In this document: positions 25,665-37,656 of the stretch, piece after piece
Layout of the letters: each line of letters begins with the position of its first letter
Numbering within the stretch: position 1 is the first letter of the stretch
NCBI RefSeq assembly: GCF_006345805.1
Contig: NC_042997.1
Span: forward strand, 8,680,001-8,744,000
DNA length: 64,000 nt
Direction: 5' to 3'
Source of the DNA: Octopus sinensis
Taxonomy: Eukaryota
The notes under the pieces: model-generated
What the model saw: only the letters and a program-made list of their open reading frames with translations
Databases searched by the model: none
What the model was told of the DNA's origin: nothing
Made by a program: the position numbers and the translations under genes

Positions 25665-25978
25665 GTCTTATAAGTACTTGGTGACCTTATCAGTGCAGGT
25701 GTCACTTAAAAACACACAGTCTCTGCTGTAAAGTGGTTGGTGTTTGGAAGGGAATCCAGCTGTAAAAAACCTTGCCAAAACTGACCTCGCCTGTGCTTAT
25801 GCCACATAAAAAGTCCACTCTGCTGGATGGTTGGTGTTAGGAAGGGCATCCAACTGTAAAAATCCTGCCAAAACAGTCACAGAAGTCTGGTGAAGGCTTC
25901 TGCCTGGCCAGCTCTTGTGGTACCATCCCACCTATGCTAGCCTGGAAGTTAAGTTGGATGTGCAAACGATGATGATGA
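25665..25978 (+). mobile_element. Degenerate RTE 3' UTR-family fragment
   Basis: Duplicated GGTTGGTGTTAGGAAGGGCATCC block, ACGATGATGATGA end. Confidence 0.7.
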
Positions 25979-26232
25979 GGATTTCCATGTTTGCATAAAA
26001 CAGAAATTCTGAAATAAAATTCAATTCAAATGTTGCAGGTTACTTGATTGTAGGGAACTAGTTGACAAGCAAAGCCTTAATGAAGATTACGTATTGGTAG
26101 GGCTAGACACACAGTGGAGTAGAAATCAGGAAAAGAAACAGTTGGGTGCATAATTAGTGAAACTTCCAAAAGAGTTAATGTTTAAATGTAAATATTCACT
26201 GAGAAATGCATAAATAATATTTCAATATATGT

Positions 26233-26557
26233 TAAAGACTCCGCCGGTTACAACGACGAGGGTCCCAGCTGATACGATCAACGGAACAGCTTGCTCGTGA
26301 AATTAACGTGCAAATGGCTGAGCATTCCACAGACACGTGTACCCTTAACGTAGTTCTCGGGGATAATCAGCGTGACACAGAGAGTGACAAGGCTGACCCT
26401 TTGAAATACAAGTACAACTCATTTTTGCCAGCTGAGTGGACTGGAGCAACGTGAAATAAAGTGTCTTGCTCAAGGACACAAGGCGTCGCCGGGAATCGAA
26501 CTCACAACCTTACGATCATGAGCCGAATGCCCTAACCACTAAGCCACGCGCCCTCAC
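26233..26557 (-). mobile_element. tRNA-derived SINE (family D head, V/CORE-like centre) with 12-bp TSD
   Basis: Minus strand GTGGCTTAGTGGTTAGG (A box), GAGTTCGATTCCC (B box), TGTGTCCTTGAGCAAGACACTT centre; TTCAATATATGT at 26221-26232 and 26558-26569; CpG-rich (young). Confidence 0.92.
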
Positions 26558-26838
26558 TTCAATATATGTATGATGTTATGAAAACGTTGGTACCACCACA
26601 ACCGACCCAATTCCTCTCAGCATCACCTGCTGTCTCTGCTATCTCCAAATATCTCCCTCTATCCTATCTGAACTACTTATACTACTCCCACTGTTACCTG
26701 TGGGCAGGCCCTTTCTCTCTCTCTCTCTCTCTCGCATTCTAACTATCTCTCTATCTCTCTTCCTGACTATCTCCCACTTTCTTCTCCTTCCTTGTTCAGC
26801 TGAGATAGCCAAGTAGCTCCTCAATAGTGAGAGGGCTG

Positions 26839-27032
26839 CCTATTTCTTTACTACCCACAAGGGGCTAAACCCAGAGGGGACAAACAAGGACAGACAAATG
26901 GATTAAGTCGATTACATCGACCCCAGTGCATAACTGGTACTTAATTTATCGACCCCAAAAGGATGAAAGGCAAAGTCGACCTCGGCAGAATATGAACTCA
27001 GAACACAGTGGCAAACGAAATACCGCTAAGCA
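26839..27032 (-). mobile_element. tRNA-derived SINE family C
   Basis: Reverse complement of the 29470-29679 module set. Confidence 0.85.
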
Positions 27033-27044
27033 GAGAGGTCCTTG

Positions 27045-27478
27045 TCTCATGAGCTTGCAGGTGCTGGAGTCATGTAAAAAACACCTGTGCTGGTACCACA
27101 TAAAATGCTTACGCAGTGCCAATTAAAAAGCATCGATGCCCATCCCACATAGAAAACACCCATGCTGGTTTCATGTAAAAAGCATGCATACCAGTGCCAC
27201 ATATAAAGCACTCATGCCACTACCATGTATAAAGCACACATGCTGGTGCCATGTAAATCACCCATGCTGGTATCACATATACAGCAATTATGTTGATGCC
27301 ATGTAAAAAGCACCCAGTACACTCTGTAAAGAGGCTGGCATTCGGAAAAGCATCCAGCCATAGAAACCAAGCTAAGACAGGCAACTGGAGCCTAATGCAG
27401 TCCCCCAGCTGGCCAGCTTCTGTCAAACTATCCAACTCATGCCAGCATGGAAAACGAACGTTAAATGATGATGATGAT
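27045..27478 (+). mobile_element. RTE 3' UTR-family fragment with short ~25-bp tandem units
   Basis: Many CTGGTGCCATGTAAAAAGCAC-like units, then the standard (GAT)n terminus. Confidence 0.75.
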
Positions 27479-28116
27479 AGTAATGGTGAGTTATGGTTTT
27501 ACAGATGAAAGTGTAGGTTGTAGTGGTGGTGGCAGCAGTGGCAGCAGCAGCAGTGGTCGGGGCTGGAGTGGTCGATGGTTGTGGTGCCAGTGGTAGTGGT
27601 GGTTCATAGATGGTTGATTAGGATTATGATAATAAGGATAATGAAGAGGAACCACTGAAATCAGTGTTTAGGTTTTATCTGAGAAGTCATGAACACATTG
27701 ACTGTGCTAATGATAAATACTGATTATGAGGATAATGACAATAATGATGTTGCTAATTACCATTCTAATTACCACGACTGTCATGAACATCATCATAATC
27801 ACCAACATGAAGATGATTATCATATTCATAATGATGTTGTTTGCAGTCATTAAGCAGAACTCTAATGAAAGAAGTTCCATCTTTAGCCATTCTGATTTCT
27901 AATCCTACATAGTGAAGTCTAGGCTTAATTACAAAAAATAAATTAAGGGAAATAAATTAAGTGAGCCAATAAATTTAAATAATTCAGGTAATAATGTACT
28001 GAATGATGTTTATTAAAGGATTCTTAATTAATTTAAATTTGACTCATAGTGGGAGAGTGGAAACAAATATGCAACTAATACTGATTAACTAATCTCAAAG
28101 GAAGATAATTTGAAAT

Positions 28117-28311
28117 ATTGGTTTCAAATTTTGGCACAAGACCAACAATTTGTAGGTAGGGGCTAAATCACTTACATTGATGCTGGTGTTCAACTGGTAC
28201 TTATTTTGCCGGCCCCAAAAGGATGAAAGGCAAAATGGAGCTTGGCAGATTTTGAATTCAGAACGTAAAGATGGATGAAATGCTGTTAAACATTTTACCT
28301 GGCATTGATAA
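28117..28311 (-). mobile_element. tRNA-derived SINE family C, abutting a Helitron
   Basis: TTTCAAATTTTGGCACAAG...GGATGAAAGGCAAA...TCAGAACGTAAAG. Confidence 0.75.
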
Positions 28312-28315
28312 TCTC

Positions 28316-28704
28316 TCTATATATAAAGCTGAAGTTGTCTGTGTATGGCAGATTTGGCAGCCTTCAACTAACACTATCTCCTTCGAGACCCTGCAGCACA
28401 AGTTGGTCAAAATTCAGAGGATGATAGAAGAAGGCTTGCTCTTCCTTCCGTAGAAGATAAAATTCAAATCGGACCATGTTACGACCAAAAATTATTTACA
28501 TCAAAAAGGTGCTTTTTTTCTATGAAAATACCTATGTGTTACAATTTTTTTTACTGCCGTGTCGCCATTTTACGGTGTATTTCAACCAGAAAAATGTTCA
28601 CTTAAAGAGAATAACAAGCTACATAATGCAAAATTTTTACTTTTCAAAAATTCCAATTCTAAAAGGTCGAAACAAACCTGAGCAACGCTGGGCAATACTG
28701 TTAG
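28316..28704 (+). mobile_element. Non-autonomous Helitron (same family as 15328-15717)
   Basis: TCTATATATAAAGCTGAAGTTGTCTGTG start; CCTGAGCAACGCTGGG hairpin then TTAG (CTAG variant). Confidence 0.85.
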
Positions 28705-29166
28705 TTTTCAAATATAAAGAAATTGTTTCACACAAAATCTATAGTTCAAGTACTGAAGGAAACTCTGATCTTTATTAGCAGGTACGGTGTCAATTATGGA
28801 TAAATTATAAATGCATTAGACATCATGATTATAGCATTGTCTTTCCAAGTCTTTTATGATCAGTTGATGGAGATTTATATAAGCAAAAGATGACTTACAA
28901 TTATTTATTTTTGTCCAGTATAATTTGTGTAATTACATAAACTGAGCAAAGGGAATAAAGTCAAAAAGGGCAATGACATGAACATAGCTAATTAAGGTAG
29001 TGAGTATGTACTGAATGGCATATGCATAATTATTTAATGAAATGAAATTTGCCTTTTAGCTGGAGAAAGGAAACAAAAATTTAGCATTAATTGTATTGCT
29101 AGCAACTTACAGACAGCGAAAGATAATTTAAGTGATTATGACTAAATTTCACTCAAAGGGTACTGG

Positions 29167-29453
29167 TCAACCTGTGACTATAGCCAAGATTGTCAACTCA
29201 TAGTGTTCATGCAGTAGGAACACATTTGAAACCATATGATGCTGAAGCAAACTTCTGAACTGCACAGCCACACCCATACCTATTATGATACTAATTAATA
29301 CAGAACATAGGAATGTGTTAATCAGTTGCCTCTTGCTAAATTTTCTAGTCTGTGATTCATTATCCAGTAAGCTAGCATAAGTTCCTGTAACCACTGAAGT
29401 AGTTACCGCATGCACTAAAGTGTAAAGCCCAAAGGAAATATTAGTGGTATCAG
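29167..29453 (-). CDS. Unassigned ~95-codon open frame with hydrophobic segments (possible exon or pseudogene of a membrane protein)
   Basis: Non-repetitive, natural-looking translation (DTTNISFGLYTLVHAVTTSVVTG...FLCSVLISIIIGMGVAV...); the ORF-track start Met comes from the adjacent SINE; no family recognised. Confidence 0.25.
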
Positions 29454-29469
29454 GATAATATTGAGGTGG

Positions 29470-29679
29470 AAGGCAGTGAGTTGGCAGAAACGGTAGCAAT
29501 ATTTTGTGTCATTACATTCTGAGTTCAAATTCCGCTGAGGTTGACTTTGCCTCTAATCCTTTCGGGGGCGATAAATAAAGTACCAGTTTCGCACTGGGGT
29601 CAATGTAATTGACTTAATCCCTTTGTGTGTCCTTGTTTGTCCCCTCTTTGTTTAGCCCCTTGTGGGCAGTAAAGAAATA
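29470..29679 (+). mobile_element. tRNA-derived SINE family C with 16-bp TSD
   Basis: AAGGCAGTGAGTTGGCAGAAACG head, GAGTTCAAATTCC; GATAATATTGAGGTGG at 29454-29469 and 29680-29695. Confidence 0.92.
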
Positions 29680-30881
29680 GATAATATTGAGGTGGGGATT
29701 AGCAGAGGAAAGAGAAGAAAAGTAGAAGAGTTGTTATTTAGTTCTGAGTCAGCATCAGCTGGAGAGAACTATGTTGAATAGTATTCGAAATATGAGCAAA
29801 TCATTTTTTACTCAATTTTAGTGCATGCGAGACTATATTATTTTACCTGTCTTTCACTTCTCAAAAAATTAGCATGTTAGTTGAAGGAAATATGGTTGCT
29901 GTTTGTAGTAGGTTGAGTTACTAAGCAGAGGATCTGTCACTGGTTCATCAGAAAACTAGGAAGAGAAGAGCAAAAGGTGTCTCAGTAAGTGTTCTCATTT
30001 CATGTATTCTGCATTCCATTTCACATTAGAAACAACATGGAATACTTCAGATACAATATATTTCTTTGCTTCTTCAATTGTCTTGCCTTTTTAGAAATTA
30101 TATCATCAATGAGTTTTATATTAACAGCATTATATTAAGGCTTTTCTCTTTTTCATTATGGAATCCATGCATATAAAAAAAATGGCAGGACATTTGCATA
30201 TTTCCCTAGATTTTAATTCGTGACTTTCCAACATTTTATTGATGATAGAAATTCTATTATTCCTCAGTGAAGGATATCTGTTTGACTGGCTTTTAAGAAT
30301 TGTTTCTTCAATTTCTGAAAATGTAGAATCACTTACATTATAGCACATAAACTGAAATGCCACAGTTCACCTTTAAAAGTATGCATTGCTACTGCTAATA
30401 CTATCAGTATAATGATAATAATATTCAGCAATATTCAAGATTGCTGAATATTATTCGAACAATGCCAGTAATTTTAAGGGTAAAGTATTAATTGAAACCA
30501 TCCACCCTAGTACTTGATTCATATTTTGTTTGATCGAGTACCCCTGTATTGACTGGTACATTATTTCATTGAGAGATATAAGAGAAATTTGAAATCAGAA
30601 TGTGAGGATCTGCAGAAAATATTGAAAACTATGTTTTCGAATGATTCAAAGTTTCTACAAAAATTCATTTGTGTGTGTGTGTGTGTATGATGGGTCCCAA
30701 ACAAAACCTGATTGTGGTTTCTATGGATTAATGCTCTTGAACAAGACATGTGGTACTTATCACTTTTATGTAAGTTTCTATTGATTTATAACCATCAGAT
30801 CTGCCTGCCCAGTTCTGAAATGTTCTCTGCAGAAGAAGTAAGCCATATCTACTATATATATGAGGGTTTTACTAAAAATAA

Positions 30882-31220
30882 GGAAGGCGCATGGCTCAGT
30901 GGTTAGAGCGTCGAGCTTACGATCGTGAGGTTGTGAGCTCGAATCCCGGACCGGGCTGCGTGTTGTGTTCTTGAGCAAGGCACTTTATTTCACGTTGCTC
31001 CAGTTCACTCAACTGTAGAAATGAGTTGCGACGTCACAGGTGCCAAGCTGTATCGGCCTTTGTCTTTCCCTTGGATAACACTGGTGGCGTGGAGAGGAGA
31101 GGCCGGTATGCATGGGCGACTGCTGGTCTTCCATAAACAACCTTGCCCGGACTTGTGTCTAGGAGGGTAACTTTCTAGGTGCAATCCCATGGTCATTCAT
31201 GACCGAAGGGGGCTTTACCC
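30882..31220 (+). mobile_element. tRNA-derived SINE (family D-like head, V/CORE-like centre) with 13-bp TSD
   Basis: TGGCTCAGTGGTTAGAGC A box, GAGCTCGAATCCC B box, TGTGTTCTTGAGCAAGGCACTT; TTACTAAAAATAA at 30869-30881 and 31221-31233. Confidence 0.92.
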
Positions 31221-31269
31221 TTACTAAAAATAAAACACAAGTGGGTATAACTTTTTAATTAACTTATAT

Positions 31270-31673
31270 AGGTGCAGGAGCGGCTGTGCGGTAAGTAGCT
31301 TGTTTACCAACCACATGGTTCCGGGTTCAGTCCCACTGCGTGGCACCTTGGGCAAGTGTCTTCTACTATAGCCTCGGGCCGACCAAAGCTGTGTGAGTGG
31401 ATTTGGTAGACGGAAACTGAAAAGAAGCTCGTCGTATATATGTATATATATATATATATATGTGCGTGTGTGTGTTTGTGTGTCTGTGTTTGTCCCCCTA
31501 GCATTGCTTGACAACCGATGCTGGTGCGTTTATGTCCCCGTTACTTAGCGGTTCGGCAAAAGAAACCGATAGAATAAGTACTGGGCTTACAAAAAGAATA
31601 AGTCCCGGGGTCGAGTTGCTGCATGGCTGCAGTCAAATGACTGAAACAAGTAAAAGTGTAAAAGAGTAAAAGA
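31270..31673 (+). mobile_element. tRNA-derived SINE family B, young full-length copy
   Basis: Complete head, CORE-like block, microsatellite and (GTAAAAGA)n tail; CpGs retained. Confidence 0.92.
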
Positions 31674-31847
31674 GGTGGCTCAAATTGCCGTTGGTGATAC
31701 AGTAGTTTTCTGCTATATTCTTCAAATATTGAGTTCTAAGTGGAAGCAACAGGCCAACGTTAACCATTTAACAAAAGATGGACTTGATATGTCTAACAAA
31801 CAAGTTATTTACAGAAACAAATCTATTGATAAGCGCAATGTGATTAT

Positions 31848-31975
31848 TTTATCAACCCCAAACGCATGAAAGGCAAAGTTGACTTCTGCAGAATCTGAAC
31901 TCAGAATGTAAAGATGGTTGAAATGCTGCTAGCCATTTTACCTGGAATGCTAATGAGTCTGCCAGCCCACCTCCT
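31848..31975 (-). mobile_element. Partial SINE family C
   Basis: ATGAAAGGCAAAGTTGAC...GAACTCAGAATGTAAAG. Confidence 0.65.
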
Positions 31976-32294
31976 TCCCTGACATGTAAATATCAATGGA
32001 TCAAACCAAATAATTTCAAACAGGCTTCATATATAGGCACACAGGGGAAGTTGGTATTGTTACATATACTGAAATGAGAAGCACTGCAATATTAACTTAT
32101 TGCTAGCTTGCATTACGGAAGATATGACATGTCTTGAGAATGGATTGGACATTAGAAAGCAACAGTTATGGTATCTTTCTTTTAAGGGCATTCTAAAATA
32201 GCAGGATTTAATCACTATTCAATGAGATAGCTTCTACACAGTAGTTTTATATGTTTATTACAGCAGCTTAATCTTTTTCAAGTTACATCTTAAT

Positions 32295-32665
32295 GTGTAG
32301 TAAGAAGTGTTGGTTCACAACCATATGGTTCTGGTTTCAGTTCCACTGTGTGGCTCCTGGTGCAAGTGTCTTCTGTTATAGCCCTGAACTGACCAAAGCC
32401 TTCTTAGTGGATTTGATTGACGGAAACAGAAAGAAGCCCATTGTACTTATACACGTATGTATGTGTGTGTGTATTTCTGTGTGTGTGCATGTGCACTTTT
32501 GTGTTGTGTTTGACACCCACCACCACTGGTGTTGGTTTGTCTGTGTTCCCATAAGTTAGTGGTTCAACAAATAGAAACTGATAGAATAAGTGCCAGACTT
32601 GAAAATAAGTTATATACTGGGGTCAATTTGTGGTCATCACAATCCAATGACTGAAATGAAATTAT
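32295..32665 (+). mobile_element. Degenerate SINE family B
   Basis: CAACCATATGGTTC, GCAAGTGTCTTC, GACCAAAGCC, AATGACTGAAA modules. Confidence 0.7.
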
Positions 32666-32721
32666 TATTTTGATATACAAAAAGGTGGGATGATCACAAC
32701 TGAAATGACTTTGAACATAGG

Positions 32722-32898
32722 CATTGCAGTGTGCTAAGAAGCTTGCTTCCCAACCACATGGTTCTGGGTTCAGTCCCATCATGAGGCATCTTGAACAAGT
32801 GTCTTATAATACTGTAGCCTCAGGCTGACCAAAGCCTTGTGAGTGGATTCGGGAAACAAAAACTAAAAGAAGCCCATTTTAAATATGTATGTGTGTGT

Positions 32899-32995
<97 letters not shown>

Positions 32996-33492
32996 TATAT
33001 AGATGCCAGTGCCCTCCGACTGGTTCCCATACTGGTGGCACATAAAAAGCACTAACTAAATGCGTTCGATGCCAGGTCTGCCTGACTGGCTCCTGTGCCG
33101 GTGGCATGTAAAAAGCACCCACTACACTCTCAGAGTGGTTAGCATTAGGAAGGGCATCCAGCTGTAGAAACATTGCTAGATCAGATTGGAGCCTGGTGCA
33201 GCCACTGGCTTTCTGGACCTCAGTCAAACAGTCCAACCCATGCCAGCATGGAAAACGGACATTGAATGATGATGATGATGATGATGGTGTCTGTGTTTGT
33301 CCTCACCATCACCACCACCGTTTGACAACCAATATTGGTGTGTTTGGATTCCCATAACTTTGCAGTTTGGCAAAAGAGATTGATAAAATAAGTACCAAGC
33401 TTTAAAAATCAGTTCATTTGAGTAAAGCTTCAAGGGCATGCCCCAGCATGGCCACAGTCAAATGAATGAAACAAGTAAGAGATAAAAGATAA
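32722..33492 (+). mobile_element. SINE family B split by an RTE 3' end inserted in its internal microsatellite
   Basis: SINE 5' half 32722-32885, (TG)n/(TA)n, RTE 3' UTR 33003-33285 with (GAT)n tail, SINE 3' half 33286-33492. Confidence 0.8.
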
Positions 33493-35517
33493 AAAGATTG
33501 TTCTGCAGAATCAGATCTATCCCAGAGCTAAACAACAACTGATTTCTGCTGTAATCTTTAACAGTAATAGAAGCCAAGAGTATAAAGCTGTTAAGTAAAA
33601 GAGAAAAAAAAAATTAAGCAAATAAACAATGAAATGAGATATCGATAAATTTAGATATAAATAAATAAATAAATAAATAAATAAATAGACAGAAAATAAA
33701 TATAAATTTGACACCAGTTTAATTTCTTACAAACAGTTGACATTGATTTCAATTTATTTATTTTTACTTAATTTCAAAAATGATATCATCTCAAATCGAA
33801 CTATTATTGGATTTTTACTTTAAAAGAAAAAAGAAAAAAAATTAATCAATTAATTTATTCATTCATTTATTCATTTAGTTATTTATTTATTGTATTTGTT
33901 GTTTATTTTATCTGATTGTTTTATTTTATTTTTGTCGAAGACTACAAGTTTGCCAATGTATTAAAACAACTTTAATCAACCAACAACTGATTCATAAACA
34001 GATTAATCAGGTGTTTCTTTTATTATCTTGTTTCTTTTTTAATCTTGATTTTTTAGTAGGGGGTGGGGGTGGGGTAAAAGTCAGAGAGGGGTGTTTGTTT
34101 TTTCCTTTTGTTATTTTTTTGGATGATATTTATTTAATTTCACCCACACCCTCTTGCATTCATCCCCCCTCCCGTGCTCAGCCACACCATGAACCTGAAA
34201 TTTTTATTCGAATCTAAATTGAGTGTCATCAATCATATAGCTAGCTGTTGTTGTTTTGTTTGGCTGGTGTATATGTATGTGTGTGTGTATCTGTGTTTGT
34301 ATATATATATATATATATATATATGAGTGAGTGTGCGTACGTTTGTGTCTTTCCTGCATGGAATAAATGAAATAACTTAAAATAACCTATAGTACAAAAT
34401 TGAAAAAAAAGTAAATAAAAAGAACAAAAAGTAATGAGAAGTACTCTGGGAAATAAAGACAATAGGATTTGGTATTCCTTTACTTTCTTCTACTGGTTTT
34501 AGTCAGAAGACTGTGCCATACTGGAGCAACATGATCAATGATTCATACTGACCCCAAATGCATCTGAGGCTAAAGCACCGACTACAGGATGTAATATTAC
34601 AGAGTATAACAACTGCCATTTTTAAATTAGTGCAAACATATATACACACATGTACACACACGTAATATACACAATATGTGATCTCTGAAAGCATGTGGTG
34701 TTACTTAAATGTGCTGTTATCTAATATCTGGTTATCTAATACTCTGTGCAATATAAATTAGTAAGATCAGTTGAAATGGATCTATAATACTGTATACTTT
34801 GATTAATATACCCTCTCTGTGGATAAAAATTAAAGGTGCATATTTTTTGTTTTACTTCTAGATTCGTTGACAAAGCTATTAGCAACAGGAGCAGTCTTTT
34901 TAATGAATATTAATTTGCGCATCCAGCTTAACTTTGATACATTATTTTGAATGCCATAGGCTGCTGCAATCATCCTGAAAAATCATGTTCTATGGATGTT
35001 AAGTGCTAAAGAAAAACATAGATTATATCTGCAGAAGAAATTTTGTCAGCATTGGCAGATGAGATTGTTATATCATGATATTTCAGCATAATGTGTGCAT
35101 TGTCAGTAACAACCACCATACCAGATAGAAATCCATCAAACAAATATATTTTAATGTCAATACAAAATGATCACACTGAAGAACTGCCCCTGACTCCAGC
35201 ATTTAAAGCAGCACACTCAAGTTAAGTTGAATGAGCAGATGAATAATCATTGTGAAAGCTGCTTCTACTATTAATAGTTAATTTTACACAACCCAACAAC
35301 TTTTTGCAACATCAGTGACTATTTAGTCAGTGTTAAACTATATCAATCTGGTGGATTTTGGATATGATATTCGTTGGTAGGATACCTGTTACTGAGGAAG
35401 TGCAAATTATGCTGAAATTATGTAATAAAGAGTCACATCTACCAGTGCCAATACAATTTTGACTGCCAATACAACCTGTGCACTTTTAGCATTTAACATC
35501 TATACAAGAGGATTTCT

Positions 35518-35596
35518 CACCACCATCTTCACTGGGATGTGTTCTTTCAATAGCCTACAGCTTTTGAAAGAACACATCCCAGTGAAGATGGTGGTG
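35518..35596. repeat. Perfect 33-bp inverted repeat with 13-nt spacer
   Basis: CACCACCATCTTCACTGGGATGTGTTCTTTCAA (35518-35550) and its exact reverse complement (35564-35596). Confidence 0.97.
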
Positions 35597-35664
35597 CAAA
35601 TTAATACACACTCAAATACGTGTGTGTGTGTGTGTGCGTGTGCCTACATGTTATATACATACCG

Positions 35665-35880
35665 CCACACTGGCCCTCGTGCCAGTGGCACATAGAAGGC
35701 ACCCACTACACCCTCAGAGTGGTTGGCATTAGGAAGGGAATCCAGCTGTAGAAACTTTGCCAGATCAGATTGGAGCCTAGTGTACCCATCTGGCTTGCCA
35801 GGCCTCAGTCAAACTGTTCAACCCATACCAGCATAAAAATCAGACATTAAACAATGATGATGATAATGATATAGACCTGT
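35665..35880 (+). mobile_element. RTE 3' UTR-family fragment
   Basis: GGTTGGCATTAGGAAGGGAATCCAGCTGTAG...AACCCATACCAGC...ATGATGATGAT. Confidence 0.8.
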
Positions 35881-36431
35881 TGTCTATATTATTTATATCT
35901 GCTAGCATGGGTTAGACAAGTATATTACCAAGGCATTGTTTTACTTTGATACCCTTGCTGTCACTCATCCTGCCTTTGAAGTTAGGGAAATATCACAAAG
36001 CCAGAAGATGATTTGTTGGCAAAGGAAATGACAAAGGCATCACTTGGTGATTTTTTAGGAAAGCATATATGTAAACAAACACACAGAAAGATCATACACA
36101 CACGTTCATATGTGTGTATATATACATGCACATGCATATATGCTTGGCAGCTTTCTTTCAAGTTCGATCTGCCATGGTGAAAGGTTATTCCAAACATAAC
36201 TATGCAGTCTTTTCTTCTGGAATTGTAGGATTTGAACTTAGATCAAAATAAGACAGAACAAATACCACAAGGCATTCTTTCCAAGGATCTAAAGATTTTG
36301 CCAGTTTGCTGCCTTTATATATTACATCTGTAATATTAACCAACTTGAAATACAAAGCACAATTTAGCTAGCATCATAGCTGTATATCAAAGACATCAGC
36401 TGAGATTTATGTTGTTTTTGTTTGTTTGTTG

Positions 36432-36789
36432 AGCGAAGCGGTCTTCGTGCGTAGTGGGAGAAGTCCGATACGTGGTCTTTTGCTATTCATAAGAACCGCA
36501 GAAGAGAAAGCAGGTCAACCCCCGACACCGAGAGCATCGACGGATGGATGAATGCACATCCAGGCTCAGCTGTTGAGTAGGAAGTCGGGGACAAGAAACA
36601 GGAAGAAAGAGTGAGAGAAAGTTGGAGCGAAAGTGTACAACAGGGGTCCCACCACCCCACTGCTGGAGACTCATGGAGCTTTAGGTGTTTTCGCTCAATA
36701 AACACACACAACGCCCGGTCTGGGAATCGAAACCACAATCCTCCAACCGCAAGTCCGCTACCCTAACCATTTGGCCATTGCACCTCCAC
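36432..36789 (-). mobile_element. tRNA-derived SINE, family A head/body with a third tail type
   Basis: Head and body match 690-1000 (GGTTTCGATTCCCAGACCGGGC, GTGTTTATTGAGCGAAAACACC), but the 3' ~170 bp is unrelated. Confidence 0.85.
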
Positions 36790-36831
36790 TTGTTGTTTTT
36801 GTTGGTAGTGATGGTGGTTTCTATTCTCTAG

Positions 36832-36927
36832 AGTTAGCTGACACAATTAATGGCAGGTTTCATGGTGATGGTTCATCATCTGACCTTACAAATAAAGGAA
36901 TTGATGTTGTTCAGATAGCAAAAACAA
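36832..36927 (+). CDS. Candidate isolated 96-nt coding exon (phase 1-1), product unknown
   Basis: TTTCTATTCTCTAG acceptor, GTATGT donor, open frame LADTINGRFHGDGSSSDLTNKGIDVVQIAKT; no partner exon identified. Confidence 0.25.
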
Positions 36928-37197
36928 GTATGTGATATGAACTGGCCAATGGAGGTCTTAATATTCCCATCTTGAAGGAATTTTAATTTTTCTTTTATTT
37001 CTTTTCACTCTCTCCAAACACCAAAGATGCAGATCTGTTCTATGCTCACAAATATTTAAGTACAATGGAAGTGAGTCAAAATGTTATGAAATACACATAT
37101 CACCAATCAAATGTGTATAAGGCTATTTCTTTATTTGTTCATTTACTTGTATATATATGCATGTGTATGTATGTATGCATATACACATGCACATAGA

Positions 37198-37402
37198 TAT
37201 TGCTTTCAAATTTTGGCACAAAGCCAGCAAGTTTGGAGGAGAAGATAAGTCGATAACATTAACCTCAGTACTCAACTTGTATTTATTGACCCCAAAAGGA
37301 TGAAAAGCAAAGCTCAAAATTTGGCAAAATTTGAACTCAGAATGTAAAAGACAGACAAAACGCCACTAATGGCATGCTAATGACTCTGCTAGCTCACAGC
37401 CT
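37198..37402 (-). mobile_element. tRNA-derived SINE family C
   Basis: TTTCAAATTTTGGCACAAAGCCAGC...GAACTCAGAATGTAAAAGAC. Confidence 0.75.
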
Positions 37403-37656
37403 TAGAAACATATATATATATATAATTATGCAAATGTATGAGAAGCCTGTGATCAAAGCAAATCTGTTTGCTGTAGTGGAGGTGGACACTTTTCTCCATG
37501 TGATTGGCTTGAAAAATTGTTAAAACACTAGGTTATTTTCCTACTTTTCTTAACATGAAACCAATGGTAGCCTTAATTCCCAAATAAAGAAATTATATCC
37601 ACCAATGTGGTATGGAGCACTCAATTTCATCGTTTGACATTTACGTGTATATATCA

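Noticed and set aside
26040-26155. Protein-like short frames (LLDCRELVDKQ...; also 13095, 13778, 45031, 54846-54943, 62147)
   Set aside because: Each is under 60 codons with only one credible splice site; expected by chance in 64 kb.
30130-30363. 77-aa minus-strand ORF and nearby apparent splice sites (29850-30330)
   Set aside because: No recognisable domain; candidate exons contain stops or imply an impossibly short intron.
30882-30960. tRNA-like sequences (also 26480-26557, 930-1000, 36720-36789)
   Set aside because: A/B boxes run directly into SINE bodies with TSDs and lack a proper acceptor stem; SINE heads, not tRNA genes.
34960-35460. Faint similarity of the plus strand to hAT transposase (EEILSALADEI..YFSIM) and of the minus strand to ammonium transporters (DGFLSGMVVVT)
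   Set aside because: Short motifs, many stops, and the two readings are mutually incompatible; cannot be supported without a profile search.
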